Shown: positions 14,091 through 26,830, counted from the first letter of the stretch. The stretch is DNA of 64,000 nt from Hemiscyllium ocellatum (GCF_020745735.1 NC_083403.1:60483003-60547002); one strand, 5' to 3'. Numbers and translations: made by a program. Notes: generated by a model not told the origin, from the letters alone.

Positions 14091-14159
14091 TATCAATTTG
14101 TCAAGTTAACACCAATACCAAGGTTCTCCAGCCTGTAACTGAAATGAAAACAAATTTTC

Positions 14160-16235
14160 AAACCAGACCATGTGTGGCTGTTCCAGGAACTGAAGCTGCC
14201 CAACACTTTGGATACTGTTGGAAGAGGGAGGGGGCGGGGATCTTATCAGGGGAAAACCACAGTGGCCAAGTTTCTGGCACTGAGCCTGGCTCAGAAGGGA
14301 AGTGGGGGAGAACAGGAGGGCAATAGTGAAAGGAGATTCAATCGTAAGAGGAACAGATACGAGATTCTCTAGTCACGAACAACAGTCCCACATGGTGTGT
14401 TGCATCCTGGGGGCTAGGGTCAGGGATGGTCTTGGATCGAGTCTACAGGATCCTTAAGGGGGAGGGAGAGCAGCCAGAAGTCGTGGTAGAGATCAGTACC
14501 AATGAATGACACTCCCGAATGGTGTGATGCATCCTGGGGGCTAGGGTCAGGGATGTCTCGGATCGAGTTTACAGGATTCATAAGGGGGAGGGAGAGCAGC
14601 CAGAAGTCATGGTATAGATCAGTACCAATGACATGGTAGGAAAAGGGATGATGACCTGAAAAGAGAATATAGGGAGCTAGGTTGGAAGCTAGAAGGCAGG
14701 ATGAGCAGAGTAGTAATTTCAAGATCGCTAACAGGGTCATGTGCTAGTGGAGGGAACTTGTGCCTGGAGTTGGAGGAAGTAGGGGAGGTCTTTAGTGAAT
14801 ACTTTGCTTCACTATTCACTACTGAGAAGGACCTTGATGTTTCTGAGGACAGCATGAAACTGACTGACATGCTCGAACAGGTTGATGTTAAGAAAGAGGA
14901 TGTGCTGGAAATTTTGAAAAACATAAGGATAGCTGAATCTCCTGGGTTGGATGGGATATATCCAAGATTACCACAGGAAGCGAGGAAGGAAATTGCTGCG
15001 CCTTTGGTGATGATCTTTGCATCCTCACTGTCCATTGGAGTAGTGCCAGATGATTGAAGGGGTGGCAAATGTTATTCCCTTGTTCAAGAAAGAGAATAGT
15101 GATAATCCTGGAAATTACAGACCAGTCAGTCTAATGTAAGTGGTGGACAAATTAAGAGACAGGATTTATGATTACTTGGAAAACCATAGTTTGATTAGAG
15201 ATAGTCAGCATGGCTTTGTGAGGGGCATGCCATGCCTCACAAACCTTATTGAATTCTTTGAGGATGTGACAAAACATGCTGATGAAGGTAGAGCAGTGGT
15301 ATACATGGATTTTATAAAGGCACCTGATAAGGTTCCCCATGCTAGGGTCATTCAGAAAGTAAGGAGTCATAGGATACATGGAAATCTGTCTGTCTGGATA
15401 CAGAATTGCCTGGCCCATAGAAGATGGAGGATGGTGGTAGATGTAAAGTATTCAGCCCGAAGCTCGGTGACCAGTGATGTTTTGCAGGGATCAGTTCTCT
15501 GACCTCTGCTCTGTGACTTTTATGAATGACTTGAAGGGGGGGAGTGGAAAAGTGGGTTAGTAAGTTTGCTGATGTCATGAAGGTTGGTGGAATTGTAGAT
15601 AGTGTTGTAGGTTGCAATGGGACATTGACCGGATGCAGAACTGGGCTGAAGAGTGGCAGATTGAATTCAACCTGGAAAAATGTGAAGTCATTCACTTTGG
15701 AAGGTTGAATTTGAATGTATTGTACAGCCTAAAACACAGGATTCTTGGCAGTGTGGAAAAACAGAGGGATCTTGGGAATCATGTCCATGGATCCCAAAGT
15801 TGCTACCCAGGTTGATAGGGTTGTTAAGAAGGCATATTAGCTATCATTAGCAGGGAAATTGAGTTTTAAGAATTGCGAGGTTGTGCTGCAGCTCGAAAGA
15901 GCGTTGGTTCGACCACACTTGGAATATTGTGGTCAATTCTGGCAGAAATGTCTATCGTGAGGAGGCATAATTGTAGGTAATTGGAGGAAGGTTTAGGGGG
16001 AATGTCAGAAGTAGGTTTTTTACTCCAAGAGTAGTGGGTGTGTGGAATGCACTGCCAGCAGTGGTACTAGACTCAGATACATTCCGGACATTTAAGCAAC
16101 ACTTAGATAGGCACTTGGATGATCGTAACATGAAGGGAATGGAGGTCAGTTTGATGTTACAGTAGGATAAAATGTCTGCATGACATCGAGGGCTGAAGGG
16201 CCTGTACTGTGCTGTACCGTTGTATCTTATATGTA
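14160..16235 (+). mobile_element. CR1 LINE with ORF1 esterase remnant fused by deletion to ORF2 RT
   Basis: VCCILGARV..QPEVVV.ISTND (SGNH esterase-like ORF1), then EYFASLFT, SPGLDGIYPR, DSQHGFVRG.CLTNLIEFF, WQIEFN. Confidence 0.88.
14386..14632 (+). repeat. Tandem duplication, about 126-bp unit x2, inside CR1 ORF1
   Basis: atggtgtg.tgcatcctgggggctagggtcaggg...gatcagtaccaatga occurs at 14392-14506 and 14519-14631. Confidence 0.9.
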
Positions 16236-16639
16236 GTGTTCTTGCAAATTCTTATATTTTCCTTAAACTGTGTTTTTAAATGCCATATTTTCAATCAGTT
16301 CAATGGAAAATGCAAATTTCCTTCACTGTACAATAATGGAGGCGAGTTTCCATTACCCTTTTACACTGTCAAAGTTATTTGAATTGCTTGTGTTAGCAGG
16401 AATAGAATATGAAAGAATAAAGATTGTTTTGAAAATAATTACACGGTTGCACTATATCTTAATTGCTGATTTTTCAAATCCAATAATGGCACTAATCTTC
16501 TTAATCAAATTACTTCAAGATCTATTGATCCTACAAACAAGTTCCACTAGCCTTCTTGATTATTTTCTGGGAAAACTGTCCAGGCCATAGTTGTGCAGTT
16601 TTCAATGTCTTTTTTCATTGTATGATTGTAGGGGGAGGG

Positions 16640-17250
16640 GGAGTATCCATGAGTAAGCAAAGAAGTTAAAGATAATATAAAGACAAAAACTAAGGCATAC
16701 CACATTGCATCAGCGAGTGGCATGCTTGAAGATTGGGAGAATTTTAAAAATCATTAAAGGGTTATTTTAGAAAATCATAAAAAGAGCAAACATAAATTAC
16801 TAAAGAAAACATAGCAAAATATAAAGCAGATAGCAAAAACATCTTTAACTATACAAGATGGAAGAGAATAGCTAAAATGAATGTTGGTCCCTTGCAAGAT
16901 GAGCCTGGAAAGTTCATAGTAGGAAATACAGAAATGACAGAGACACAAAGTCATTATTTGCCTCAGTTTTCATTGTGGAAGAAACTAATATTAGGGAAAA
17001 GTACTGAGCAAATGGTGGGGATTGATGGCAGCAATGACCCGGGGAACTGATTGCCTATATCCCAGGGTCTGAAAGGAAGTGGCAACAGAGATAATGGATC
17101 CATTGGTCATAATATTACAAAATTCCTGAGGTGCAGGAAAGGTTCTAGCAGATTGGAAAAAATGCAAATATAACACACTTAGTCAAAAAAGGAGGAAGGC
17201 AGAAAGTAGTTAGATTAACATGTGATGTTGGGAAATTGTTGGAATTGAGA
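16640..17250 (+). mobile_element. CR1 ORF2 internal fragment
   Basis: Homologous to 12170-12810 (KANI.YE, NVGPL, YPRVLKEVA). Confidence 0.75.
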
Positions 17251-17587
17251 AGACCATAAAAAATAGGAACATGAGGCTACTTTATCATTCATGGCTGATC
17301 CAACATTCCTCACTTCCGCTTTCCTGTCTTTTCCCCTTAACCCATGAGTACCATATTGACCAACATTCTGTCTATCTAAGCCTTGAATATAAGTAATGAC
17401 CCTGTCCCACAGAAGGTCCAAGTACTCTCAACCCCTGAGAGAAGAAATTCCTCCTCATCTCAGCCACATATTGGTGCCCCTTTATTCTGGGACTATGACA
17501 TTTAGTCCTTGACTCTCCCATGAGGGGAAAAGTCCTCTCAGCATTTTGCCTGTCAAACTCCTGAAGAGTCCTCTATGTTTATTTGCT

Positions 17588-17890
17588 TAGATATCCCTGC
17601 CATGTGGGAACAGGCCTTTCGGCCCAACAAGTCCACACTGACCCTCTGAAGAGTAACCCACCCAGACCTATTTCCCTCTGACTAATGCACCTAACACTGT
17701 GGACAGTTTAGCATGGCCAATACATCTAACCTGCACATCTTTGGACTGTGGGAGGTAATCTGAGCACCTGGAGGAAACCCACGCAGACACGAAGAGAATG
17801 TGCAAGCTCCACACAGACAGTTGCCCGAGGTTGGAATCAAACCCGAGTCCCTGGTACAGTGAGGCAGCAGTGCTAACTGCTGAGCCACTA
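17588..17890 (-). mobile_element. V-SINE (HE1-type)
   Basis: tRNA head tggctcagcagttagcactgctgcctcac, V-domain gtctgcgtgggtttcctcc, CR1-like tail. Confidence 0.9.
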
Positions 17891-17903
17891 GTGTTTAAAT
17901 GAG

Positions 17904-19078
17904 ATCAGAGTGCCACAAAGATCAGTGTTGGCTCCAGTGCTTTTCATCATTTATATAAATGATTTGGATGTGAGCATAAGAGGTATAGAACATAGAACAT
18001 AGAAAAGTGCAGCACAGAACAGGCCCTTTGGCCCACAATGTTCTGCCGAGATTTAATCCTAATGTAAAATATAGTAACTTAACCTACGCACCCCTCAACT
18101 CACTACTATCCATGTGCATATTCAGCAGTCGCTTAAATGAACCCATAGTTAGTAAGTTTGCAGATGACACCAAAATTGGAGGTGTGATGGACAGTGAAGA
18201 AGGTTAACTTGGATTACAACAGAATCTGGACCAGATGGGCCAATGGGCTGAGGAGTGGCAAATGGAGTTGAATTTAGATAAATGCAAGGTGTTGCATTTT
18301 GGAAAAACAAATCTTAGTAGAACTTATACACTTACTGGTAAGATCCCAGGGAGTGTTGCTGAACAAAGAGACCTTGGAGTGCAGATTCATAGCTCCTTGA
18401 AAGTAGAGTCGCAGGTTGATAGGATAGTGAAGAAGGAGTTTGGTATGCTTTCCTTTATTGGTCAGAATATTGATACAAGAGTTGGGAGGTCATGTTGCGG
18501 CTGTACAGGACATTGGTTAGGCCACTATTGGAATATTGTGTGCAGTTCTGGTCTCCTTCCTATCAGAAGGATGTTGTGAAACTTGAAAGGGTTCAGAAAA
18601 GACTTACAAGGATGTTGCCAGGATTGGAGGATTTGAGCTTTTGGGAGAGGCTGAATAGGTTGGGGCTGTTTTCCCTGGAGCATCGAAGGCTGAGGGGTGA
18701 CCTTAAAGAGGTTTATAAAATCATAAGGGGCATGGATAGGGTAAATAGGCAAGGTCTTTTCCCTGGGATAGGGGAGTCGAGAACTAGAGGACATAGGTTT
18801 AGGGTGAGAGGGGAAAGATATAAAAGAGAGCTAAGGAGCAACCTTTTCACACAGAGAGTGGTACATGTAAGAAATGAGCTGCCAGAGGAAGTGGTGGAGG
18901 CTAGTACAATTGCAACATTTGAAAATTATCTGGATGGGTATATGAGTAGGATGATTTTGGAGGGATATGGGCTGGGCGCTGGGGGAGATGGGACTAGATT
19001 GGATGGGATATCTGGTCAGCATGGACGAGTTGGACCGAAGGGAACGTTTCTGTGCTGCACATCTCTATGACTCTATGA
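17904..19078 (+). mobile_element. CR1 LINE RT 3' part, with an inverted CR1 tail inserted at about 17987-18143
   Basis: VSKFADDTKIGG, WQMEL, LYRTLVRPLLEYCVQFWSP, RTRGHRF; (catagaa)n tail in the opposite orientation inside it. Confidence 0.9.
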
Positions 19079-19309
19079 CCTCTCATTTGTCTAAACTCCA
19101 GTCAATAGAGTTCCAGTTTATTTCAACCTTGCTTATGACACAATCCATCCCTACCTCATAAGCCATCTTTGAACTGCCTTCAATGAAACAAGATATTTTC
19201 TTAAATTTGTAGACCAAAACCAAAACGGTACTCCAGATGTGGTCTCACCAGCACAGTGTTCAGGTGCTGTTATACTCCAGCACCCTTAAAGTAAGGGTCA
19301 GCATTCTGT

Positions 19310-19892
19310 TGTGATCGATTATTTAACAAAATAATCTCAGGAGCCTTGAGGTACAGGCCAACGATAGTTTTTGAACCAGTGTTGGGAGACACTAGTCCAA
19401 AAAATATTCCAAGCTTACACTCTAACTCATCAAGGATTCATTAGGTATGTATACATTGTAAGTCACATAGACAGTATATTACTCAAATTCTGAAATGGTC
19501 AGATTTAGATGAATGCCTTGCTTTTCACACATTCCAAAAGTGGCAAGGCAATTGTTACCCCTGGTCTCACTTTCCAAGGTGCCAGCCTAGCTCCTCCCTG
19601 AAGACTGTGCTTCGTTCCCACCCTTGACTAAACACCATTTCTTTGGCTTTCTCGGTGTGGTATGGGATCAATCTCATACTTCATTTCCAAAGAAGGCCTT
19701 AGGGTTAGTGCTGGTTTAGCCTTGTTTCCGACATTGTCATCTCAGCATTTTTGAGGTTTAACTAAAGTTTCTATTAATCTGAGTGAATCGTAACTGATTT
19801 ATATAATTATACTTGTGAAGTTAGCCCTATCTCATTCTAATTACATCTGGAATTTCAAGTGGATTTGCAGGTTAATACATGTCATATCCAAA
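19310..19892 (-). mobile_element. Putative 3' LTR of an env-bearing LTR element / ERV
   Basis: Minus strand has a purine tract GGGGGAAA (19893-19900) immediately upstream, ends ...ATCACA at the junction with a CR1, and follows an env-like ORF. Confidence 0.5.
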
Positions 19893-20109
19893 TTTCCCCC
19901 AATAGCCCTTGCATTTGGCCCCTTGACTAAAAGCCCACAGAAGCCAACCAACAAACACTGACCAACTATTTACTTTACCCTCTGCCACCATTGATACTGG
20001 CTAGGTATCCAGCTTAATGTCAGAAAGGTGGGTGATTAGACCATCTGTATCAATCAATCCTATATTCCAACTATATAATTCATTACCTTATTACCGTAAT
20101 TGCCAAATC

Positions 20110-20785
20110 TAACTTTCTGCTGCCACTTCTTGTAAGCCATTCCTTGCATGGTAACTGAGGTAAGTCAGGCATATTACTAGTTGCATTTCAATTATAATTT
20201 GGGAGTGGGAAATAATCTGGATCTATGGGTGTATTTGTACGTTTGAGCCCCAGTCACATAAATCCTCACACTAGGCAGAAGCATCAATCTGATCAACACT
20301 TTAAGACTCCAGTTTATTGCTGAAGAGTTCTGTGTATCCCTTGACCCTGCTCCCAAATCACTGTTAGGTGTTCAGGTATGAAGGGGATTTCATAAGAATA
20401 TTGGCTCAAATACAATGTCAAACTATCTTTCCAATTCTCCGTAACCTGTAGGTGAACTCTGTCTTTCTTATATATTTCGACTAATTCGACTTTCCCTTTT
20501 CTCGCTGGTACTCGTGAATCAAAATTTACAATATGATTGGCTAGAATCGAGTTTTCTTGTATCTGCTGCCATGTGGCAATGTAAAAGCTCCCATTGCCCA
20601 AGTGTGCAGTATACATTAGTTCCTTTGAAGCCCACATTGCTTCCATTGCTCAATTTACTGTAGCATTAATCCAGTACTTTGTCGCTCCTGTTCCGTAGCT
20701 ACAGTGGGCACACATTACTGCAGCGGTCTCTACTCCATTCCCATCTAGTCCAATGTTAGTGGTATTTCTTTCCACCTCTACAGCA
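20110..20785 (-). pseudogene. Decayed env-like type I membrane glycoprotein, C-terminal part
   Basis: About 155 in-frame codons (20785-20314, one internal stop) with sequons NTT, NAT, NGS; after a frameshift SA*CEDLCDWGSNVQIHP*IQIISHSQIIIEMQLVICLTYL, i.e. a decayed Trp-rich segment plus a hydrophobic anchor. Confidence 0.5.
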
Positions 20786-21290
20786 TATATCTGGCAGATG
20801 AATTTCAATGCAGAGAGATGTGAGGTAATGTATTTTGGTAGAAAAGACATGGGCAGATAGTTCATCTCAATGTTGCAACTTTGAGGTGAGTACAAGAGCA
20901 GAGGGAGATTGGGGTTCATGTGCAGAAACCTCTGAAAGTGGCCAGGCAAGTCAAAACAGCTGTTAGGAAGGCTTATAGGATACTTAGAAATGTGTCTAAG
21001 CCCAGAGAACATAAGTTTAAGTTGAAGAGCAAGTAGTTGAGTGGAGATCTGAGAAAGAGTCTTTTTTAACCTCGATGATAGTAAATATATGGAATGTGCT
21101 GCCTGAGAGGGCAGTGGAGGCAGATACTCTCGCAACATTGCAAGTTAAACAAGTAAAATGCCAGGACACAGTAAGCTATGGATTAAGTGCAGGTACATGG
21201 GATTAATGTAGTTTGGTATTTGATGGCTGGAAAAGGCATGGTGGGCTGAAGGGCCTGTTTCTATGCTGTATGAGTCAATGAATCAATGGT
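20786..21290 (+). mobile_element. CR1 LINE 3' fragment
   Basis: WQMNFNAERCEVMYFG, RDWGSCA/DLGV-like segment, gggctgaagggcctgttt tail. Confidence 0.8.
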
Positions 21291-22735
21291 CCTGCTAACC
21301 ATTAGTATTAAGCAGATTTTTTGGGGGGAAACAATGATCAGATTATTTACACAACTACACTGGTGCAATCATACCAACCAAATGAAGTTCTATGACACCC
21401 TGGTAATGTTTGGAAAATTATATGTGAGGTACTGCAAGATATAAAAAAGAGAATTGGGAATTGAGAATGCGTTTGATTTTGCATCAGCCCATGAACTGAA
21501 ATGCCTCAAGCTGAAAATTGAATACCCTGGTAAATCATGATTTTGTTTTGTGACTTTTTTCCCTGTCTGAAAATGACACCATGTCTTCTGTTGACTCAAC
21601 CTATTCAGAATGGCTGAGCTCTGAACTACAGGCTGTCTCCCAACAGACTTACAAATGCAATTTTAGAAGAATAGAGAAAGAAAGAATCACAAGATGCAGC
21701 TTTTGTTTTGTAACATGAAAGTCAGCCAGGTGAAGGCGACTTTAAGCAGAACAATGTGTAATTGCAACATAGACTCAGATGTTGTAATAAATGAATGCCA
21801 GTGAGTTTTCTAGAGATATTCTTTTCTCTGAGCTCATTGTTTGCGACATTATCATCACTCATTACTTCTTCTGTATATAAATACAGCAAGATATCCTGCT
21901 CCTGTGAAATCAGTCTGTGTTTTCAGGTCACGGCTAGTTTTACAAATGAAGAACCTGAAGATAACAGACTTCAAGCATATTGTCCACAAACTGTATCACC
22001 AAAATGACAAGTTAAATCAATGCTGCAGTTCGAGGCAAGTGCAAGGGTATTTGCCACTCTTCCACTAGCTCCCCTCCCCACCTCCCACCCCCAATCCCCT
22101 GCTCTCATGCATATACTTAGACAACTTTAGAAAATGAAGACAGTAACACATTCCCACCTCATTGGCAGTTGTTGGCTACAGCAGGTCGTGGAATTGCTTT
22201 AATCCTATCTATCACTCCTGCTGCTGACTGGGTAAATGGTACTGTGTTCGAACTTCACCAGTTTGACACCTTATGTTTAGGTACACCTGGTGTGGCCTGA
22301 CCTGCCCTCCTGCACTTTTCATTGAAGGAGTGCATTACTTTCTGCACCACTCCATTTTGATTCAGTCCCTCTCTGACCTGTCACGTCCAGTTGTAAATGA
22401 CAGAGCAAATCTCCAGCATCTGCTGTTCTTTGGTTGATTCCACTTCAATCAAATTTTATTAACCAGATGAAAAAGAAAGAGAGGTTGTCCAAGCTTATCT
22501 TGAGTGAATGAGACTAGACTTTTATCACCATTTAAGCCATGAGAGAAATGAGAAAACATCCCACCAAACACCGTTGATGGAAGAGCAGTTGATGGGGAAA
22601 TGATGGCCCAGTGGTATTATCATTGGACTGTTAATCCAGACAGCTAGGTAACATTCTGGGGACCTGAATTCATAATCCTGTCATGACAGAGGGTAGAATT
22701 TGAATTCAATAAATACCTGGGATCAAGAATCTAAT

Positions 22736-23349
22736 CTGAAAATGTGTTGCTGGTTAAAGCACAGCAGGTCAGGCAGCATCCAAGGAACAGGAAATTCGAC
22801 GTTTCGGGCCAGAGCCCTTCATCAGGAATGAGGAGAGTGTGCCAGGCAGGCTAAGATAAAAGGTAGGGAGGAGAGGCTTGGGGGAGGGGCGATGGAGATG
22901 TGATAGGTGGAACGAGGTCAAGGTGAGGGTGATAGGCTGGAGTGGGGTGGGGGCGAAGAGGTCAGGAAGAGGATTGCAGGTTAGGAGGGCGGTGCTGAGT
23001 TCAAGGGAATCGACTGAGACAAGGTGGGGGGAGGGGAAATGAGGAAACTGGAGAAATCTGAGTTCATCCCTTGTGGTTGGAGGGTTCCCAGGCGGAAGAT
23101 GAGGCGCTCTTCCTCCAACCGTCGTGTTGTTATGTTCTGGCGATGGAGGAGTCCAAGGACTTGCATGTCTTCGGTGGAGTGGGAGGGAGAGTTAAAGTGT
23201 TGAGCCACGGGGTGGTTGGGTTGGTTGGTCCGGGCATCCCAGAGGTGTTCCCTGAAGCGTTCCGCAAGTAAGCGGCCCGTCTCCCCAATATAGAGGAGGC
23301 CACATCGGGTGCAGCGGATGCAATAGATGATGTGTGTGGAGGTGCAGCT
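22736..23349 (-). mobile_element. 5'-truncated PLE (GIY-YIG end plus pseudo-LTR)
   Basis: CTSTHIIYCIRCTRCGLLYIGETGR...IFRLGTLQPQGMN; 9-bp TSD gaatctaat at 22727-22735 and 23350-23358. Confidence 0.93.
22794..22829 (-). ncRNA. Minimal type I hammerhead ribozyme, intact core
   Basis: attc-CTGATGA-a-gggc-tctg-gccc-GAAA-C-GTC-gaat: 4-bp stem I, 4-bp stem II, ACGU palindromic stem III. Confidence 0.88.
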
Positions 23350-23804
23350 GAATCTAATGATGACCATGAATCCATAAATCCATTGCCAATTGTCAGAAAA
23401 ATCCATCTGCTTCACTAATGTCCTTCAGGGAAGGAAATTGCCATCCTTACCTTACCTAGCTTATATGTGACTCCAGACCCACAGGAATTGGCTGTGATAA
23501 ATACTGCATTGTTAGCGACAGCTCTATCCCGTGAATGAAAAAAGAACAACAAAAGTTAATGGTGATGCAGAAGCGGGAGAGGTGGTAAGGTGACCCCCAG
23601 TGAGTGAACAGGAAATGCAGGGAGCAGGAAGGGTTAGTAGTCCAGGGGGATGAAGTAAATGTGAATTGCTGAGTTGACATAATACATGTAGTAGTGAGAG
23701 TTGTAGACCCGGAGCTTTAATAAGCTGTATGTGCAGTGGTGGAGTTAAAATGAGTGGTAGCCCTGAGCGTGTGAGGTGGCAGAGAGAATTTGATAATGGT
23801 GCTT

Positions 23805-24022
23805 GCAGAAACTCAGCAGATCTGGCAGCATTTGTGAAAAGAAAGCAGAATTAACATTTTGAGTCTGGTGACTCTCCATCGAAATTATTCTTGAAGAGTC
23901 ACCAGACTAGAAATATATAACTCTGCTTTCTTCAGAAAGATGCTGTCAGATCTGCTGAGTTTCTCCTGCAATTTCTGTTTTTGGTTCAGATCTCTAGATC
24001 CTCAGTTCTTTGGTTTATTTTA
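23805..24022. mobile_element. Head-to-head inverted PLE pseudo-LTR pair (family B), hairpin
   Basis: agaaactcagcagatctggcagcat...gagtctggtgactct / gaagagtcaccagactagaaa...atgctgtcagatctgctgagtttct; centre at a degenerate hammerhead. Confidence 0.8.
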
Positions 24023-24599
24023 GTGTCTAACATTTGGATCAGCATTGGGTTCTGAGTCTGGATGGAGTGTTTGAGGTGGGCCTTCCCAGATGTTGAAGAG
24101 GCCTGACCTGTAATTGGTCAGGCAGTGGGCTCGAAGTGCAGATAGTGACACGGGACCGAGTCACAGATGCACTACACTCCCACTGGCTGAGGTGGAAGCT
24201 GCTGATTAGCATTGGACAGAAACAGAGGGCAGCTCAACACACGTGTGTCACCCTCTAATGAACAAGTCAGTTGTATTTTAAATCTCAGACAGCCTTGGCT
24301 GTCTGGTTGTGATAGTTGATTTGCTAAATTTCCATGTGTCAGCAATGAATCAAGCCTGTGCTCCAGTGGCTATAGATGAGGCAGCGTCCATCAATGGATG
24401 AAACATTGTTATTTTCTAATCAACCTAATCAAAGATGTCATCACTCACCTCTGAAGCAGGTGGGACTTGACCCCAGGAATTCTCATCCACAGATAGGGAC
24501 ACTACCACTGACCAGCCTACGTTTCACTTATTTTGAATAAAGCATAGCCAGTAAGTATTAACACTGATTTATTTTGGAACTTGAAAATAAGGAATTAAA

Positions 24600-25235
24600 T
24601 GGTTATTTGACTACTGGGTATTCCAACTTCCTAACATGGCTATGGTCCAAATGGATGTATCCTCTCCTCATTGGAACAGGACCCTAATACATCCTGTAAT
24701 TATCCCTAATAACTAACTCCAATCAGCACTTGATATTGGAATAGTGGCAAAGAACCAAGGAAATAGCTGGTGGTGTGGAATCGCAAGTCTGGCTGCCACC
24801 AACCGCAATCCCGATTTGCTTTTCGAATCTACTAACAGCGAAAAGAAAACTTGTTTGATGGTTAAAGCATTAGTTAGTCTTGAAATTGGTGTCATTCTGT
24901 CACCAGAAAGAAAAAAAAGATCATGTCAGGTGAAGTAATGAAATTGAAGCTAAACTGTAGAAGGCTGTCTGTGACCTAGGTTCATTAATGTGACTGCTTT
25001 TGGATTGGATTTCTGTTTCCATTCATGTAAATTTGGAACACTGCAGATATTGCCCCATCCTAGAGAATGTCTTTTAGTGCCTTTCGCCCATTCTGACATC
25101 ATTTGTTAACATTGATATTCCCGGTCCAGTTCCTTATTCGCACTTTGGTTTTATGTTGAATGTCAAACTCTTTCAACGCCTTTATCAAAGGCTTTTTGAA
25201 ATACTTGGCTGTCCACATCTTTTCGAAGTGTCGGC
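24600..25235 (-). mobile_element. Ancient, highly decayed CR1/L2 RT fragment
   Basis: Minus strand reads DVDSQVFQKAFDK, then GWGNICSVP and HINEL-like motifs at about RT spacing. Confidence 0.5.
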
Positions 25236-25244
25236 TGATGACCG

Positions 25245-25480
25245 TGTAATAGATCCCCTGGCACTGTTGAAAGAGAAACAAGGAGTTTACCCTGTTTACT
25301 GACAAATGTTCCATTCTCTAGTAACACCACCATAAAGTAACAATAAACTGACCATTTAATTTAGTTGAGATTTGCGAGCTTTTACTGCCTTCAGGCCCTT
25401 GTTACATTTGTGGAATGCATTGCAAAAGTAAACATTCTTTGAAGCATTCTAAGGATGAAAAGGTGCTATGTAAATGATTT
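25245..25480 (+). mobile_element. DeuSINE-like remnant
   Basis: tgtaatagatcccctggcactgttgaaagagaaacaaggagtttaccc resembles the Deu domain; tail aaaggtgctatgtaaatg. Confidence 0.5.
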
Positions 25481-25727
25481 GTTTTTCTCTATTATCCCTA
25501 GCAACATTGTAAATAAATTCAGGGGAAGGCCGTTCGATACTTGATCCTGCTATGCCATGCAACTGGACCATGGCTAATCTACTACCTCAGAGTCACTTTT
25601 CCTTGTGGTACCCTGCTGGGCACAGCCTGACTTCCTGAGAGTGACCCATTTATTCTTACTACCTGTTTCCTGCCCATTAATCAATTCTCAATCAATACAA
25701 ATATGTTACCTTTCATCCAATATCCTG

Positions 25728-25840
25728 CAATAAAAGCAAAGTGCTGCAAATGATGGATAAAAACGCAAAGTGTTGGACCAGGCACAGCAAGTCTGGCAGC
25801 ATATGTGAAGATGAGATCTGAAGAAGAGTCATATAGGAAC
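25728..25840. mobile_element. Rearranged PLE pseudo-LTR fragment (family B) inside a decayed CR1
   Basis: Minus-strand tail (gcacagcaagtctggcagcat) joined to plus-strand half-hammerhead tctgaagaagagtcatatagga. Confidence 0.55.
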
Positions 25841-26563
25841 CCCCAAACTCCCCCTCCACCCACCCACAACCTCTCCCCACCCCCCACCCCCGGCCAATAA
25901 CAGTGCCCTGCAGAATTTTCCTAGCATTGTCAGTTTTTCTTGCACATCCTGTAATTTTGTTTACTAATGTCTTGTGTGGGATATTATCAAAGGCCTTCTG
26001 AAATATCACATCTGCTAATTTCATCTATTTCCCCAGATTAGGAAAATTCCAATAATATTGAAGGTTTTGTCAGATTGCCGATAGTGGTTATTAATGATTG
26101 AGCAACCACAGCGTTTGTCAAAAAGTTCTTTTTCTATCAGGACAGAGAAAAAATCTCATACTCACCAAATTTCATTCCAAAGGTGATAAACAATATTAGT
26201 GTTACTAAACACTCAGTAGTAATTCCAAGCGTCAATGAGTCAAGTTACTTGCTTGTTATCAGAAAAATGCTGACGTATTATGATAATAAAACTGTAGTGT
26301 ATTATTTATTGTGATTATTTGGAGATAATTTCAGATTTTATTCGTTGTTTAAAAATTCAAATAATTGATACTGAGATTATTTTAGTATTAATTTTAAAAT
26401 GCAATAGCAGCTGTGTACATTTGTTGAACTTCTTATTCTCCTTTTCCCTAATTAGATGTGAATTCTCTCTAAATTAATTGTTGCTGACAAAGGACACAAA
26501 AGGTCTTGTCAAAATAAATATCTTTAAATTCTTCTTGCATTGTGTATTTTGTAAAGCCTGATC

Positions 26564-26830
26564 CACGGTGGCACAGTGGTTAGCATTTCTGCCTCACGGT
26601 GCCAGGCACCCGGGTTTTACTCGCCCTTAGGCGACTGTCTGTGTGGAGTTTGCACATTTTCCCTCTGTCCATGGGGGTTTGCTGTGTTTTTCTCCCAAAG
26701 AGGTGCAGGTGATTAGATCTGCCACAGGAAATGCAGGGTTACGGGGATGGGGTGGGGTGCTGTCTTGGAAGGTTGGTGTGGACCTGATGGGCCAAATGGT
26801 CTGTTTCCACACAAAGGGATTCTGTGATCT
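26564..26830 (+). mobile_element. V-SINE (HE1-type), internally deleted
   Basis: cacggtggcacagtggttagca..gactgtctgtgtggagtttgcaca. Confidence 0.88.

Larger units (their letters stand above)
17252..19306 (-). mobile_element. Minus-strand CR1 3' end (17252-17580 and 19079-19306) split by nested V-SINE and CR1 insertions
   Basis: gaccataa..aggaac tail, ttcctcctcatctcag, then resumes with gaccaaaac..tactccagatgtggtctcacc after 19079. Confidence 0.7.
22596..23545 (+). mobile_element. tRNA-derived SINE split by a PLE insertion
   Basis: Head tggcccagtggtattatcattggactgttaatccaga; core ttcactaatgtccttcagggaaggaa; tail atcccgtgaatgaaaaaa. Confidence 0.75.

Noticed and set aside
21928-22034. Possible plus-strand exon (ttttcag acceptor, gcaagt donor)
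   Set aside because: Peptide not recognisable, non-canonical donor, no compatible neighbouring exons
24710-25263. Two apparent minus-strand coding exons with good splice acceptors (CQGIYYTVISRHFEKMW... and IRKANRDCGWWQ...)
   Set aside because: Another frame reads FQKAFDK with downstream RT-like motifs, and the acceptor lies in a Deu-SINE-like segment; better explained as decayed LINE and SINE sequence
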